Of a stretch of 64,000 bases of DNA, positions 14,822 to 29,105 are shown piece after piece. Within the stretch, counting starts at the first letter, position 1. Every line of letters begins with the position of its first letter. The notes under the pieces were generated by a model, which was not told the DNA's origin, searched no databases, and saw only the letters and a list, made by a program, of their open reading frames with translations. A program made the position numbers and the translations under genes. The stretch is from Octopus sinensis (Eukaryota), in the NCBI RefSeq assembly GCF_006345805.1, contig NC_043008.1, positions 11,222,001 to 11,286,000 on the forward strand. The letters run 5' to 3'.

Positions 14822-15221
14822 TTACTCTTTTACTCTTTTAATTGTTTCAGGCATTTGACAGTGGCCATGCTGGAGCACCGCCTTCAGTCGAGCAAATCGA
14901 CCCCAGGACTTATTCTTTGGAAGCCTAGTACTTATTCTATCGGTTTCCTCTGCTGAACCGCTAAATTACGGGGACGTAAACACACCAGCATTGGTTGTCA
15001 AGCGATGTTCGGGTGCCAGACACAGACACACAAACATATACACACACATGCATATATAAATATATATATATACATATATATCTACCAAATCCACTCACAA
15101 AGCTTTGGTCGGCCCGAGGCTATAGTTGAAGACACTTGCCCAAGGTGCCACGCAGTGGGACTGAATCCGGAACCATGTGGTTGGTAAGCAAGCTACTTAC
15201 CACACAGCCACTCCTGCGCCT
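14822..15221 (-). mobile_element. tRNA-derived CORE-like SINE group D with internal microsatellite
   Basis: Head AGGCGCAGGAGTGGCTGTGTGGTAAG, CORE-like GGCACCTTGGGCAAGTGTCTTC, internal TA/TG tract, (TAAAAGAG)n tail; homolog at 37445. Confidence 0.9.
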
Positions 15222-15989
15222 ATAATTAAAAGTGAAATAAGAACCATACCATTTTTGAGATGTACGAGTACTAACCTCATGAAATTTTGAAAGAATATTG
15301 TAAAGTTTCTAAAACATATTTTGGAATCTAATTGTATTATTTTACATTACATCTCCATATCATCTGATTTGTCACTTTATTTAATTATAGCTTTATCAAA
15401 GGCGGAAGAGCATCGCTCTGCATAATTATGCGCACCCCGCCTATGTTACGTGAGTGATGTGTGGAGAATACAATGTCTCATAGTTTTAACCAGATCAGCG
15501 ACTTGTTCCGTGCAATTAAAATAGTGGATGAGTCTCCGTCTGTTTCGATAACGGACATTTACATATTCGATTTTCTGAATCCTCGGCATCAAATGAATCA
15601 CTTGCTCAAGCAATTAGCAAAAAAGTGTATGATTATTTCACATACTAGTTCACTCTTAATGTAATTCTAAATGAGAATCGGCGAGACATAACTGAAAATT
15701 CACATTATTTTTTTACAATCAATATTATAGGATTTCATACAGTTTCTGACTGCATGGTTTCAAGCATAGCAAAGTCAAACTGAGACTATTGTAAGGCAAT
15801 TAGCTTAGTACACCACTCGTTTGGATTAGACCGAGACCTCGCAATTGCAAGTGAACTGCTTTACCAAAGATTCATGCCACATCCACCCATTCGCAATATT
15901 GGAAGACGCGAAGGTGTGTGAGATGGTGATGTTGAACAAGATTAGGTCTATCAGTCAAGACTAAGTCTAATCCAAACTACTTCATCACA

Positions 15990-16160
15990 GTTCATTCCAT
16001 TGAAAACATAAAATTGCAAGTTCTGTGGAATGGGTCAATTCAACTGAAAGGACGAAATGCAAAGTCGATATTGGCGGAATTTGAACTGAGAACGTAAAAA
16101 CGAACGAAACGCTGCAAACCATTTTGTCCGATGTGCTATCAAATCCGCCATTTTGCCGTC
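15990..16160 (-). mobile_element. Degraded SINE group A-like copy
   Basis: GCAAAGTCGATATTGGCGGAATTTGAACTGAGAACG matches the A body (reverse complement). Confidence 0.65.
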
Positions 16161-16870
16161 TTATGCTGAAATCATAATATATCACTGATGTGTTACAAAT
16201 CAAAATGTTTTGGCGTTCTCTGCATCTATATACGCAGAGTTGGGAAGTAGCTTTAAAAAAGTTCATCGCTATATTAATCTATTGTCGATGTACGAACATC
16301 TATAATCCATACATAGAAATTCATTTCTATTTACTTATCATTATTAGTAAATTCCATCACACACTTATTTGGAATGTTGTTATAAATTATGAGAGGAATG
16401 ATCGTTGTATTAATTTTATCATTTTTCAAAGTATTAATAATTTCTTGTACTCGTTTCTTCTTACTGTATTTATATTAGTACCCTGTTTTGAGTAATTAGA
16501 CGTGTCCAAAATCTGGCAAACTCTGATTATGAATAAACGTTTTATCATCATAGTTGAAATATGTAAAAATTAAGACACTTGCCTGGAAACTATCCAAAAG
16601 GAAGAAAAACAAAAAAATCATATCTCGTTTCATATCCATAAATAATAATAGACATTTATTAGCGAGTGACAATATAAACAAAAAGTGTAATCAACAAGGG
16701 TATTTATACACTTTTCAAGTTCCACCCACATACACGGACAGACTGATATAATTTACCACTTAAATTTCTAATTCTCTTTAATTTAAAACACAAGTACACG
16801 TACATATCTATATAGGAAGATGTATGTATATAGATATATAAGTAGAATCACACGACTATATATATATATT

Positions 16871-17116
16871 GTGGAGGCGTGTGGCTTAGTGGTAAGGGTT
16901 TCACCATCATGCTCGTAAGATTGTGGTTTCGATTCCTGGATCGTATTCTTGAGCAAAACACTTCCACTTCATTTCACGTTGCTCCAGTCCACTCAGCTGG
17001 CAAAAATGAGTAACACTGCGATGAACTGGCTTCCCATCCAGCTGGAGAACATATACGCCATGGAAACCGGGAAACCGGGCCCATGAACCTGGCTAGACTT
17101 TAAAAGGGCGCGTTTA

Positions 17117-17122
<6 letters not shown>
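16871..17122 (+). mobile_element. SINE group C
   Basis: Homologous to 2265-2521; flanked by (TA)n. Confidence 0.85.
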
Positions 17123-17158
<36 letters not shown>

Positions 17159-17269
17159 TTATACTTGGGGATGATATTTACTGCCAGCTAAACACACGCT
17201 CTCTCTCTCTCTCCATATAAATATATATATACACACATGGCGTTCTTCTTTTAGTTTCTTTTAGTTTTG

Positions 17270-17340
17270 AAGACTGTTCACCAAGGTGCCACACAGTGGA
17301 GACTGAACCGGTAACCATGTAGTTGGTAAGTAAGCTAATT
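17270..17340 (-). mobile_element. SINE group D head fragment
   Basis: CCAAGGTGCCACACAGTGGAGACTGAACC...ACCATGTAGTTGGTAAG matches D. Confidence 0.65.
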
Positions 17341-17905
17341 ATCACATTATGCACCTTCATATGTAGATACAATCGTTCATATATACCATCATTCATTTGA
17401 AAACAAAGGTTTCTACATAATTACTATTATTGAGTTTTAACATTCTAATATATTAAATCTCATTCATTTTATTTAAAACATAAGTTTCTAACCAAGGTAT
17501 TTTACTTATATTTATTCAATTTCTACAGAAGATGTTCATTCAGATGATAGTTTATTTTCTTATGCATACATCCAATTATATTTTACAAACTCAGGATTTA
17601 TTAGTCATTGCCTTTTTATAGATTTTTCTGCTGTTATTGCAAGTTCAGCATATTAATTTTCCCTCGGTATATTATGTTCCCTCTGTGTGTATGTGTGTGT
17701 GTGTTATCGTGTGTGTGTGTGTGCATGTGTTTGTGTGTGATTGTGTGTGCATGTGTTTGTGCAATGATATGTACGTATGTATGCATAAATGTATGTTTGT
17801 ATGGATGTTTGTACGTATGTATATACATATGTAGCTATGAATATATCTATCTATCTATGCATCTCCTTCCTTCTCTCTCTGTATATATATATATATATAT
17901 ATATA

Positions 17906-18297
17906 TGGAATGGAATGGATGCACTCCGTCGGTTACGACGACGAGGGTTCCGGTTGATCCGATCAACAGAACAGCCTGCTCGTGAAATTAACGTGTAAGT
18001 GGCTGAGCACTCCACAGACACGTGTACCCTTAACGTAGTTCTCGGGGATATTCAGCGTGACACAGAGAGTGACAAGGCCGGCCCTTTGAAATACAAGTAC
18101 AACAGAAACAGGAAGTAAGAGTGAGAGAAAGTTGTGGTGAAAGAGTACAGCAGGGATCACCACCATCCCCTACCGGAGCCTCGTGGAGCTTTTAGGTGTT
18201 TTCGCTCAATAAACACTCACAACGCCAGGTCTGGGAATCGAAACCGCGATCCTATAACCGCGAGTCCGCTGCCCTAACCACTGGGCCATTGCGCCTC

Positions 18298-18300
<3 letters not shown>
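17906..18300 (-). mobile_element. tRNA-derived SINE group B, full length
   Basis: Head GTGGAGGCGCAATGGCCCAGTGGTTAGGGC, B-box-like GTTTCGATTCCC, tail CGTCGTAACCGACGGAGTGC + (TCCAT)n; close copy at 22872. Confidence 0.9.
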
Positions 18301-18395
<95 letters not shown>

Positions 18396-18401
18396 ATAAT
18401 A

Positions 18402-18443
<42 letters not shown>

Positions 18444-18475
18444 ATATGTATATATATATATGTATATATATATAT

Positions 18476-18563
<88 letters not shown>

Positions 18564-18570
18564 CACACAT
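18300..18570. repeat. (CA)n(TA)n microsatellite
   Basis: Direct inspection. Confidence 0.95.
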
Positions 18571-18674
18571 AGAAAAAGAGAGAAAAGTCAAAGACAGATA
18601 TGTAGATAGGATCAGTTATAAAAGCAAATATATGGAAGAGTTGTATTCTGTGCGCATAGTGGTATTATTTTAGC

Positions 18675-18905
18675 CTTTTATTTACTCATACGTTTCAGCA
18701 CTGAAACTGTGTCCATGCTGGGGCACCGCCAGTGTGATCATCTTTGGGAATGGCTTCTGGTGACGGAGGGATTTTGATACCGTTGCCCTCTTTTGAGTTT
18801 CCTGCCCTGATAGTGTTTGATCTGCGATCTTGGATAGCAAGAGGTCAAGTTGTTTCTTAAAAAACATCTACCACCAATCAATAGAGACCCCCTCAGATAT
18901 TTCGG
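18675..18905 (-). mobile_element. CR1/L2-group LINE 3' end (ORF terminus plus 3' tail)
   Basis: FFKKQLDLLLSKIADQ...RATVSKSL resembles the FK..LD..L..IPD.P...RAA.SNSL terminus. Confidence 0.65.
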
Positions 18906-18919
18906 TATATATATATATA

Positions 18920-19085
18920 TGATGGGCCTTTTTTTCAGTTTCCACCTACCAAATCCACTCACAAGATTTTGGTCGGCCCGAGGCTGTAGTAAAAGACACT
19001 TGCCCCAGGGGGCACGCAGTGGGACTGAAGCCGGAACCATCTGGTTGGGAAGCAAGCTTCTGACCACAAAACTACTCCTGCGCCT
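18920..19085 (-). mobile_element. SINE group D, 5' half
   Basis: Matches the head and CORE-like part of 37445-37878. Confidence 0.85.
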
Positions 19086-22000
19086 GCATCTCTTTCTTTC
19101 TCTCTCTCTTTATCTATCTACCTATGTATGTATGTATGTATGTATGTATGTATGTATGTATGTATGTATGTATGTATGTATGTATGTATGTATATATGTA
19201 TGTATGTATGTAGCTATCTATCTATCTATCTATCTATCTATATATACATATATATATGCATATGCATGTATGTAAACACATTTACAGAGCTTCACATCTT
19301 GCTTGGTACACATGCACCGATATATGTTATCATTGAGCAAATTGTTACAATCCTATTTCGCTGTACATTTTCTATTTTTTTTCTCCTTAATGTAATATAA
19401 ATACTCACAGTTAACTTTGCAGCGTAAGTGATCACTCCAAGCTTATATAGGTTTGTATAAGTCTAAAAACGATAACAGTTTATAAATACTAGTACAGAGT
19501 TTGTCCAGAAGTTGTAAGGTATCTGATAGCTTGGTTCTAGCTGATATTGTTATTTCCTTATTCTGAGGGGCTGCAAATTGAAATCTTAGTTGTGTTTGAA
19601 CTTAGAGCAATCGTATTGATAGACATCGCCATACAATGATTTCTATGATCATTTAGGAAATCATCGATGATCTTCACAATGGTCCTCAGGGAATATATTG
19701 AACAGCCGAATGTGATTTGACAAACATTTTGCTACACTTTCTTGCTGCAGAGGCAATACTTTCCATAAGATTGTTAGCTTATTTAAGAGTTAGTTTTACG
19801 CCATACTATTTAATATTGAATAATATATTCACAATTTTCAGTCAACATTGAACTTGTGATATGAAGCTAACAATTTCACACCTGGGAGTAAGGAGCTCAA
19901 AGAAGCCTATCTACTCTTTATACTCTCTTAATAAAAAGTTACTAGCTTATGACATGTAGCGTTATATCAGTCCTATGTTACAAAACAATGACCTTGAATC
20001 CCGCAGTTCCTCACACTATTGATCCTCAGTGAGCAATAAATCTCTTAGAGATAACACTATTCAAAAAACGATTTACGTTGCAGATAATTATTGTTCAACC
20101 AAAAAGCGTCTTTCGATGTTGAGTTTAAAATTACTTGGTTTTTATCAGAAGCGTCTGTAGTTTATGAGATGGGATCAAATACGTCTTAAAGCTATACGTG
20201 AATAATAAATACTGTTCACGATGAATAATGAAAATCTGAAAGATGGCATACAGATGATACTTTGGGATACTCTGTTTTTATACCAAGCAACTGAATTTAA
20301 CAATAGCTGGTTATTCTTGTTTACAAATTCAGCAAAAGAATCATTTGTTGATGTGTCAGGAGATCCGTCAAGAGAAAACAAGTTGCCATGTGTATGGTGA
20401 ACCGCGAGAATCAGAACGGTAGCACAGATGTTCTCTATTAATGCGTTCCGGAAGCCTCAAACGAGAACATGCTAATCGATGTTGTATTTCCTCATTGGAA
20501 ATAAACATCTACATTCAGATGAATGTGTGTTCAAAACAACTCGATTTATTCGCGAAAAGAAATTTCGAGAGAACCTATTGTTTCGACGCATTTGTCTCTC
20601 TTCAGCCAAAGCTGCTCCAAGTTAATGAATCTAACGAGAGTTACAATAGTTTGCGATTCCAGAACGTATTAAAACGAATGTTTATCATCGTACTGATATA
20701 TACGCTGCTCTCCGTGCACATGGCGATTTGTTATCATTGGGAGATATCAATACGCATCAACAATTGATTTGTTTGGTAACATTTTAAAGAGGAATCACCT
20801 GGCCAAGTTCGATCATTAGTCTGGAGTATATGTTGGGATAAGTTTTCTGCCGATTAACAGGTGCTGCTCGATAGTGAAATTTACCACCAAGAAAAAAAAA
20901 ATATATATATTGATTCTCAATTAATTATAATATTTTAAAAACAAACATTAGATGCGGCTTATACTTGTAAACTACTAAAACACAAAGTGTGAATAGAAAT
21001 GCATATATGTACACATGGTAAGACTTTCAGCTAATTCCTAAAAGTGTCGATGTAGACGCCGAACAAAACAGCAGATACAGTATTGGATACTTGTAACAGA
21101 AACGACTGCATTGTTTCTTTGAAATGAAGTGGAAATCAATATAAATATAAATTAATTTACATTAGCTTCCAATTAATTTATTGTTTTTCGTGAATCAATT
21201 GATTTTTTTCTCCTTTCATCTCGAGACAATTAGGCAAATATACCTAGGAAATTTGTGACGAAATCTAAATACTTTCCATCATTTTGTCATCAGCAATAAT
21301 TAAATTTTGCCATGTCTCAAGAATAAATCAGTTAAACTTGGTTCTAATAATATTAGGAGAAAATATTACACAAAAGCGTTTGTTGCTTATACATTTACCG
21401 CCTAATCTAATGAAAATTTCTTTACTTTTCTTTTCTTTGTTTTCTATCATATTGTCGTTAATTTAAATAGATGTTTAATTACTGTTAAATATACAGGTTA
21501 AATATGATTTTCCTATGGCCCTATAAACTTTATGCATATATTAATACGAAAAATAGGATATAATTAATGAATTAATTTTGATTTCCATATGGAAGCCATC
21601 ATCATAGTACTGGAGGGAAAATTATATAATTTAATTGAATGCTTCTATGAAGGCATACATCGATAATTCTTTCATAAATGTTATCATTCCCATCCATGAA
21701 TTAAATTTGGATATATATTACTTAAATATATAGATTTAATTTGCGAAAATATGTACGTCACAACCATATTAATTTATGGTTAATTAAATTTAAATTTAAA
21801 AGAGAAATTTTCTGGTAAGTAGTATATAAATTAGTGTGTGTATATATATATATCTGTGCATATAACACAGTTATACTTATACTTGTGTACCTGTGTGTGT
21901 TTGTATATTTGTAGATATGGAACCAAGTCATGTTGTATAGTAAATAAGTTCAATTCAGTGCCGTGTATTTGCGGGTTCAATTTCAGTGCTTAGCAAGTGA

Positions 22001-22871
22001 TTGATGTGTCTCTGACGCATAAACAAGGCACACGATTGCCTAAACGGTATGATAGTGAACAGAGGATCTTTCGTCATACTTGTATAAATAAATATACGAA
22101 CAAGCGGACATACAGCGGTTTAGCTTTTCACCTGTAGCATTCGGTGGTAGATCAGCTGAAAATAAGGGAAGATTAAGGGAAGTAAATCAAATTTTATTTT
22201 ATATTTAGATATATATATATTACTGCTAATTAAAACAAAATTAAAGAAGTGTAAGCTTTAAGCCAGCGAGTCGTCAACTAGCTGCGAAATAGTTAACTAT
22301 TGAGTATGGCAGCGAGAGTATTGGGATCGCCGCGATGCATTAAATCATAGATGAGAGGGCAGTTCTTAAAACAAATACACAGAGTCGAATACGCAGTTAC
22401 TGTTTTCATCATTGCCTTGCTGTCCAATTCACAACAAATAATTTGATTTTACAGGTAGATTCTATCACGTACGTGCATTCAATATTCAGTCATCACTTAT
22501 TTTCTCTATGAAGTGTGCGGCATTTAAAACGTGTTACTCAGTTATTCAATAAAGAAATATGTACCATATATAATAAAAAATAACTAGATAATACAATATA
22601 AAACATAAAAGGATAATATAATACAATAAAAACTAGCTGCTACGTAATAGGAATAGTAAGTGACCAGACACGGTATTGTGGGCCGTTACTTGACCACCGT
22701 CTGTATATAGTACAATGCGCACCTTTATAAATTAAATTTTGTACTGAGTTAAATAACAGTGACATTCGTCCTAACAAGAACTCCCACTTTATGTTGGCAA
22801 ATGATCTTTACTCTCATTCTTTCTCTCTCTCTACAGATATATGCATATATAATACAAGTATATGTGTGTAA

Positions 22872-23248
22872 GTGGAGGCGCAATGGCCCAGTGGTTAGGG
22901 CAGCGGACTCGCGGTCATAGGATCGCGGTTTCGATTCCCAGACCGGGCGTTGTGAGTGTTTATTGAGCGAAAACATCTAAAAGCTCCACGAGGCTCCAGC
23001 AGGGGATGGTGGTGATCCCTGCTGTACTCTTTCACCACAACTTTCTCTCACTCTTACTTCCTGTTTCTGTTGTACATGTATTTCAAGGGGCCGGCCTTGT
23101 CACTCTCTGTGTCACGCTGAATATCCCCGTTAAGGGTGCACGTGTCTGTGGAGTGCTCAGCCACTTACACGTTAATTTCACGAGCAGGCTGTTCCGTTGA
23201 TTCGGATCAACCGGAACCATCATCGTCGTAACTGACGGAGTGCTTCCA
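22872..23248 (+). mobile_element. SINE group B, full length
   Basis: Near-identical to 17906-18300 apart from a short internal deletion. Confidence 0.9.
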
Positions 23249-23269
23249 AATATGTGTGTTGGCACACAC

Positions 23270-23835
<566 letters not shown>

Positions 23836-24599
23836 TTCGTATAAATGTATATATACATATGCATATGCGATCATATGATTTACACATGTGTGAGATAGAG
23901 AGAGAGTGTGCGAGTCTGTGTGTAAGATATGTGTGTATGTGGGTTTATTCAAATTTGAAAACTATGAATGTGTTCTATTATAATTGAAAAATACTTTCGT
24001 TTGCAGACTCATAAATCAAGAGACTAACTCTTTGTTGTCAAGACATATATATATATGTATTATGAGAAATTGTTTTAAAATCTGTTTATCATTTACATTA
24101 CTGCTTAATTGTTTGAAATCTGCGCAACGTCTCAATTTTCGACTTACGTACGATATGAAAATGCACAAGCAAATAGACAATTCTGTGATTTAGAATATGG
24201 TAGGTCTTGGCAAACCTTTACCAATATCACACTCAATTGAATTCTGTGACTAAATCGTTAGAAATTGTTACGCAGCAATATTTTAATTCATGATAAACAA
24301 TTGAATAATAAATATGTAATTTAAAATCTATAAGATATCTTGTAGCTTACGGAAAAGACGGTAACAATGCCTGATGGGATCCAGGAATAAATGTAAAATT
24401 ATTAACTTTTCTTCCCTTTTTAATTAATTTTAAATTTCGCAAAATAACAGTTTAAAGGGTTTATATTCCAGACATACGGGCGCGTGCGTATGTATTTGTG
24501 TGAGTGTGCTTGTGAATATGCATGTACAAAAGAAAGTGTGTATTGTTTTGTAAATGTCCTACTAATTAAAACTAATATTTAGTAACATTTATTTACGAG

Positions 24600-25320
24600 G
24601 TAAGTTTTGAATAATCCATGAGCGTTTTTATTTTTCATATTTAAAAATGCCCGCAGAAATACAACGCATTGGCAAAGGGTTTTATGTTATTTAAAAGATA
24701 ATGTTTTGCTCTACAAGATAGCGTGTGGTGATTTTTTAATTTTATTGATGTTTGTGTATTTGCAGATCATTAAAATGGAATGCCAAGTGGACAAAACTAG
24801 GCATTTTTGACATCACTCGCTTTTTGTATTTATTCGACGGGTTAAGGCCGCCGAAGGGGATTTGTATGAAGTAGGAGCAACGCCTCAAATTACAGCCCGC
24901 CGAATCAACTTCTTCACGAAAACCACAGTCAAACGACCAGTGGCAGAGATGATGGACTGTGATAAAATAACTGTGCTGAAACACCTTCAATCAATAGGCA
25001 ATGTCCAGAAACTCGACGATTGGGTGCCACACATTTTGAGCGAAAACAACATAAATCAACGCTCCACAATGTGATCAAAGCCGCGATTTAAGAACTTGAA
25101 TGGGAAGTGCTGCCTTATCCTCCATACACTTCAGACTTGGCACGGTCGAATTTTGCTCTCTTTTGGCCGCTTTCGAACGATTTACGTGATATATCATTCA
25201 ATAAGGACACGAAATTGAGGGCTTCGTTGGACGAATTCTTTGAGTCATACCGGGAAATTTCTATCTGGAAGTGTATGAGAACTTGAAAGGTAAATATCAA
25301 TAATTTGTTGGTAATCTCAC
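24600..25320 (+). mobile_element. Internally deleted mariner fossil
   Basis: TVLKHLQSIGNVQKLDDWVPHILSENN (WVPHEL motif) and WEVLPYPPYTSDLARSNFALF (YSPDLAPSD motif). Confidence 0.85.
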
Positions 25321-25924
25321 TTAACTGTGTTAGGTTAAGCCGTTAACTAAATGTTTAGGGAGACACCCACGATAAGAACAAATTAGACCCCAGCTTGAGT
25401 TGTCGGATAACCCGGCATTTATAAACCAAAACTTTTGGTGGAAATCCATATATTTCATAATTGATTTTGTATTGGATGGATTTCAAAACTCAATTAATGC
25501 AATATTCTCTTCGTGCTTCATTTCTTTGAATGAGAAGATGAAGCTGTTCTCTTTAGGTATATAACTGGAGATTTTCTGCCCCGCTTCCCATTTGCTTTTG
25601 AAATAACTCACATTCTGGAGAGTACAATGACAATATGGGATTTCCATTGAGGCGTGGTTGCTAAATCTCTATGTCAGTATACCTACCAGTGCAAATACAT
25701 CAACGTAGTATTCACATTTCAAATTACCTCCATGGAATCAGAAATCGATCTGAACTTCCGCTTGAGGTACGCTTGGACCCGATTTCAAATTAGCCGCATA
25801 GTGTCTACATCATTCTCTTTCAGATTATGGTAAAATATTAGAGTCTAACGATTAAAACTCGTGATAAATTTGTAACATATTCATCCAACGTGTAACAGTA
25901 AAGATTATAGGATAATATTAATTT

Positions 25925-26210
25925 CAGATTTTGGTTCGAGGACATCCATTTCAGGAGAGTTGCTAAGTCGACGCCAAAGTTCACCAGGTACTTATTTTAT
26001 CGACCACAAAAAGATGAAAAGCAAAGTCTAACTCGGTGGATTGTAGGACAATATTATAATGCGAAAATAAACCGCCCTTTCGTCCGTCTTTACTTCCTGA
26101 GTTCAAATTCTACTGAGGTTGGCTTTGCCATTCATTCATTTCGGGAATATAATTGACTTACCACTCCCATGAGAGTGCTGGCCTTGTGCCAAAATTTGAA
26201 ACCAATATTA
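25925..26210. mobile_element. Two degraded, oppositely oriented SINE A-like fragments
   Basis: GGTACTTATTTTATCGACC...GCAAAGTC (minus) and CTGAGTTCAAATTCTACTGAGG (plus). Confidence 0.55.
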
Positions 26211-26764
26211 TGATCTGGAACTTAAAATATTTGATTTTAAAACATCCCTTACCCTTCTTTTATAATGCCTTTAATAACACTTTGAACATCAGAGAGTACG
26301 AGGCACAAAATTATCTAATGAAAACATTTGTTTTTTGTTTCTTTGAAACTTATTTGGATTAAATGATTTACTGCTGTAGTAACGTTTCCCTCGTTAATAT
26401 TTTTCGTTTGTACTCGTCGTATGTAAATATATATTTTGTTGGAAATTGAAAGCATGAGTTTGTTTTACATCCTGATAATTTACAAATGATATTTTAGTTC
26501 GAATTTTATTAAAGATCAAATATAATTACAAATATATTTAAACATTTGAAGCACGATCGAAATGTATTTTATACTAAACAAAATATATTAATATACATTA
26601 AATTCAAACGAAATATATATATTATTCCCCTTAAAAGTGACTTCCAAGTAAGTGAAACCTCCGTTTCTCAGGAATTTACTCACGTGTACCTAATGAATAC
26701 ACACAGAGAAAACAACTAAATATACATTAATCATTCTTCTTGGTAATTATTATAGTAATAAGGT

Positions 26765-27066
26765 GCGGCATATTGCTTAGTGGTTAGAGCATCGGGATCT
26801 CAATCATGACGTAGTGAGTTCGATTCCCGGACCGGGCTGTGTGTTGTGTAATTCAGCTAGGCTCTTTTTCACATTGCTCCAGGACACTCAGTTGTAGAAA
26901 TGAGTTGTGACATCACTGGTGTCAAGCTGTATCTGCCTTTGCCTTCCCCTTGGATAACATCGGTGACGTGGAGAGAGGAAGCCGGCATGCATGGGCGACT
27001 GCTGGTCTTTCATAAAATTACCCTCGGAGACGAACTTTCTTGATGCAAAGCCATGGTCATTCATGG
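26765..27066 (+). mobile_element. SINE with C-type head/body and a different 3' module
   Basis: GCTTAGTGGTTAGAGC...GTTCGATTCCCGGACCGGGC...TTGCTCCAGGACACTCAGTTG matches C, then diverges. Confidence 0.7.
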
Positions 27067-27114
27067 GATGAAACCAAATAGCGGTTCTTAATGTTAGACG
27101 AAATACGTGCATTC

Positions 27115-27298
27115 ATATACATATATATACCTACCTTCCTTCCTTCCTTCCTACCTACCTACCTACCTACCTACCTACCTACCTACCTACTACCTACCTA
27201 CCTACCTATCTACCTACCTACCTACCTACCTACCTACCTACCTACTTACCTACCCACCTACCTACCTACCTACCTACCTACCTACATACATACATACA

Positions 27299-27331
<33 letters not shown>

Positions 27332-27382
27332 TATATATATATATATATATATATTATTTATTTATTTATTTATTTATTTATT
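27115..27382. repeat. (CCTA)n/(CATA)n/(TA)n/(TTTA)n compound microsatellite
   Basis: Direct inspection. Confidence 0.95.
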
Positions 27383-27383
27383 C

Positions 27384-27590
27384 GTCATGATTGATCGCTA
27401 GCGACTAAACATTTAAAATATTTTCTCTCTCTCTCTGCTTATTTCTGTATTCCTTTCCGTTGAAGAGCGTAGGCTCAAAACGTAAAAGACTTTCCCACTT
27501 CCCGAGCGTTTAACTAATACAATATGTTTGTTGTTTACACACCCGTCTTCGTCTTCTGTTTTTGTTTTTTTTTTAAATTCCAATTACACA
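27384..27590 (+). mobile_element. Short Penelope-pLTR-like element with a degenerate minimal hammerhead motif (27453-27488)
   Basis: CTTT-CCGTTGA-A-GAGC-GTAG-GCTC-AAAA-CGTA-AAAG; same architecture as 47655-47870. Confidence 0.5.
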
Positions 27591-28577
27591 CTCACACACA
27601 CACACATACACACACACACATACACACACACACACACAGAGAAATATATATAATATATGAAGTGAAAACTTATTGAGGCATCTGAGATTGTTCATACTTA
27701 ATTATACTCAATATTCCACTGATTGCTGTGAAATTATATTGTGCAGCAAAAATCCATTGATTGGCTGTAATTCATTTTCACTGATGTGAATACATACGCT
27801 TTCGAATTCCGTGTTTATGTTACAATCTATTTAAGGAGCAACTAGTGAAACACAGTGCTTTGGCAATCGCAAAATAATTATGTACACCATTGTTATCTCG
27901 TTTTTATCATCCCATTCACTCGTGGTATTTATTGCAAATACAACACAAATAAACAATACATTCCGCACATAATAATTAACGCATGACTTCATTCAATTTT
28001 GTAGCAGCATTATAGAACATTTAATTAAAATTGTTAGATTTGCAAGGCTTTCGCGAAATTTGTTTTAAATAATATACAATGCAATTTGGTTTATGTTTCT
28101 CTGTATATTACTAACATGTTAGATGCACAATTAGATTTTTAAAACATCAAACAAAGGCTTGTACTGCGGTACATTTCTGTTACAGATATTTCCGCAATTC
28201 TTTTGTGTTCATAATCGTGGGCTTTATAATGCAGATAGAGTATTATATTAAAATCATAAACATTATTATATGCAAAAATTATGGGAAACGTAAACTCTAT
28301 AAAACGTTAATTTCAAGGTAAAAATATCTGTAGAGCAATCATAAATTTAAATAACAAACATAAATGTGCAGAATATATAGCATAAACGAACATGCATAAA
28401 TTAATGTAAGCAGATATCTATGATCCTCATCTATATTAGAATATCAACAAATGGAATTCACTTCCTTTTTATGAAGATTAAAGTGCGAACAGAATCAAAT
28501 GATAATTATCAAAGAGACCTGTTGCAACAGGACAATAACTCGTTTATCAATGTACTCTGTATGAGTGTGTGTATATA

Positions 28578-28622
<45 letters not shown>

Positions 28623-28758
28623 ACACACACATATATATATGTGTGTATATATATATATATAAATATAGATATAAAATAAATAAATAAATGTTTATATATA
28701 CATATTTCAAATGTATATAAGAAATATATATATATATATATTTATATACACATATATT

Positions 28759-28802
<44 letters not shown>

Positions 28803-28904
28803 ATGTATATATATTTACATATTTATATGTATGTAGGTATATATATATAAGTATATATATGTTTATATATACGTCTACACACATATATATATATATATAT
28901 GTAT

Positions 28905-29042
28905 TTAAGAGATGAGGAATTATGTAGATTAGGTATACTTTTTACCCGCCTGATATACCCTCCAGCCTTCATCGGCTGTCGTGGTGAAATTTGGAACCCG
29001 TATTCTTATTCCTAAGGTATATTTCGATGTTGTTGTTGCTGT

Positions 29043-29105
<63 letters not shown>

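Noticed and set aside
20175-20381. FSLDGSPDTSTN resembling a hAT transposase D.STD motif
   Set aside because: Single short motif, no TIRs or further motifs that I can support
20565-20610. Minus-strand CTGAAGA-GA-GAC...GTC-GAAAC hammerhead-like motif
   Set aside because: Two extra nucleotides before a 3-bp stem II and essentially no stem I; plausible by chance
22872-22947. tRNA genes (also at 16871, 29116, 49475, 59098)
   Set aside because: A/B boxes are present, but they continue into SINE bodies and I could not fold complete cloverleaves
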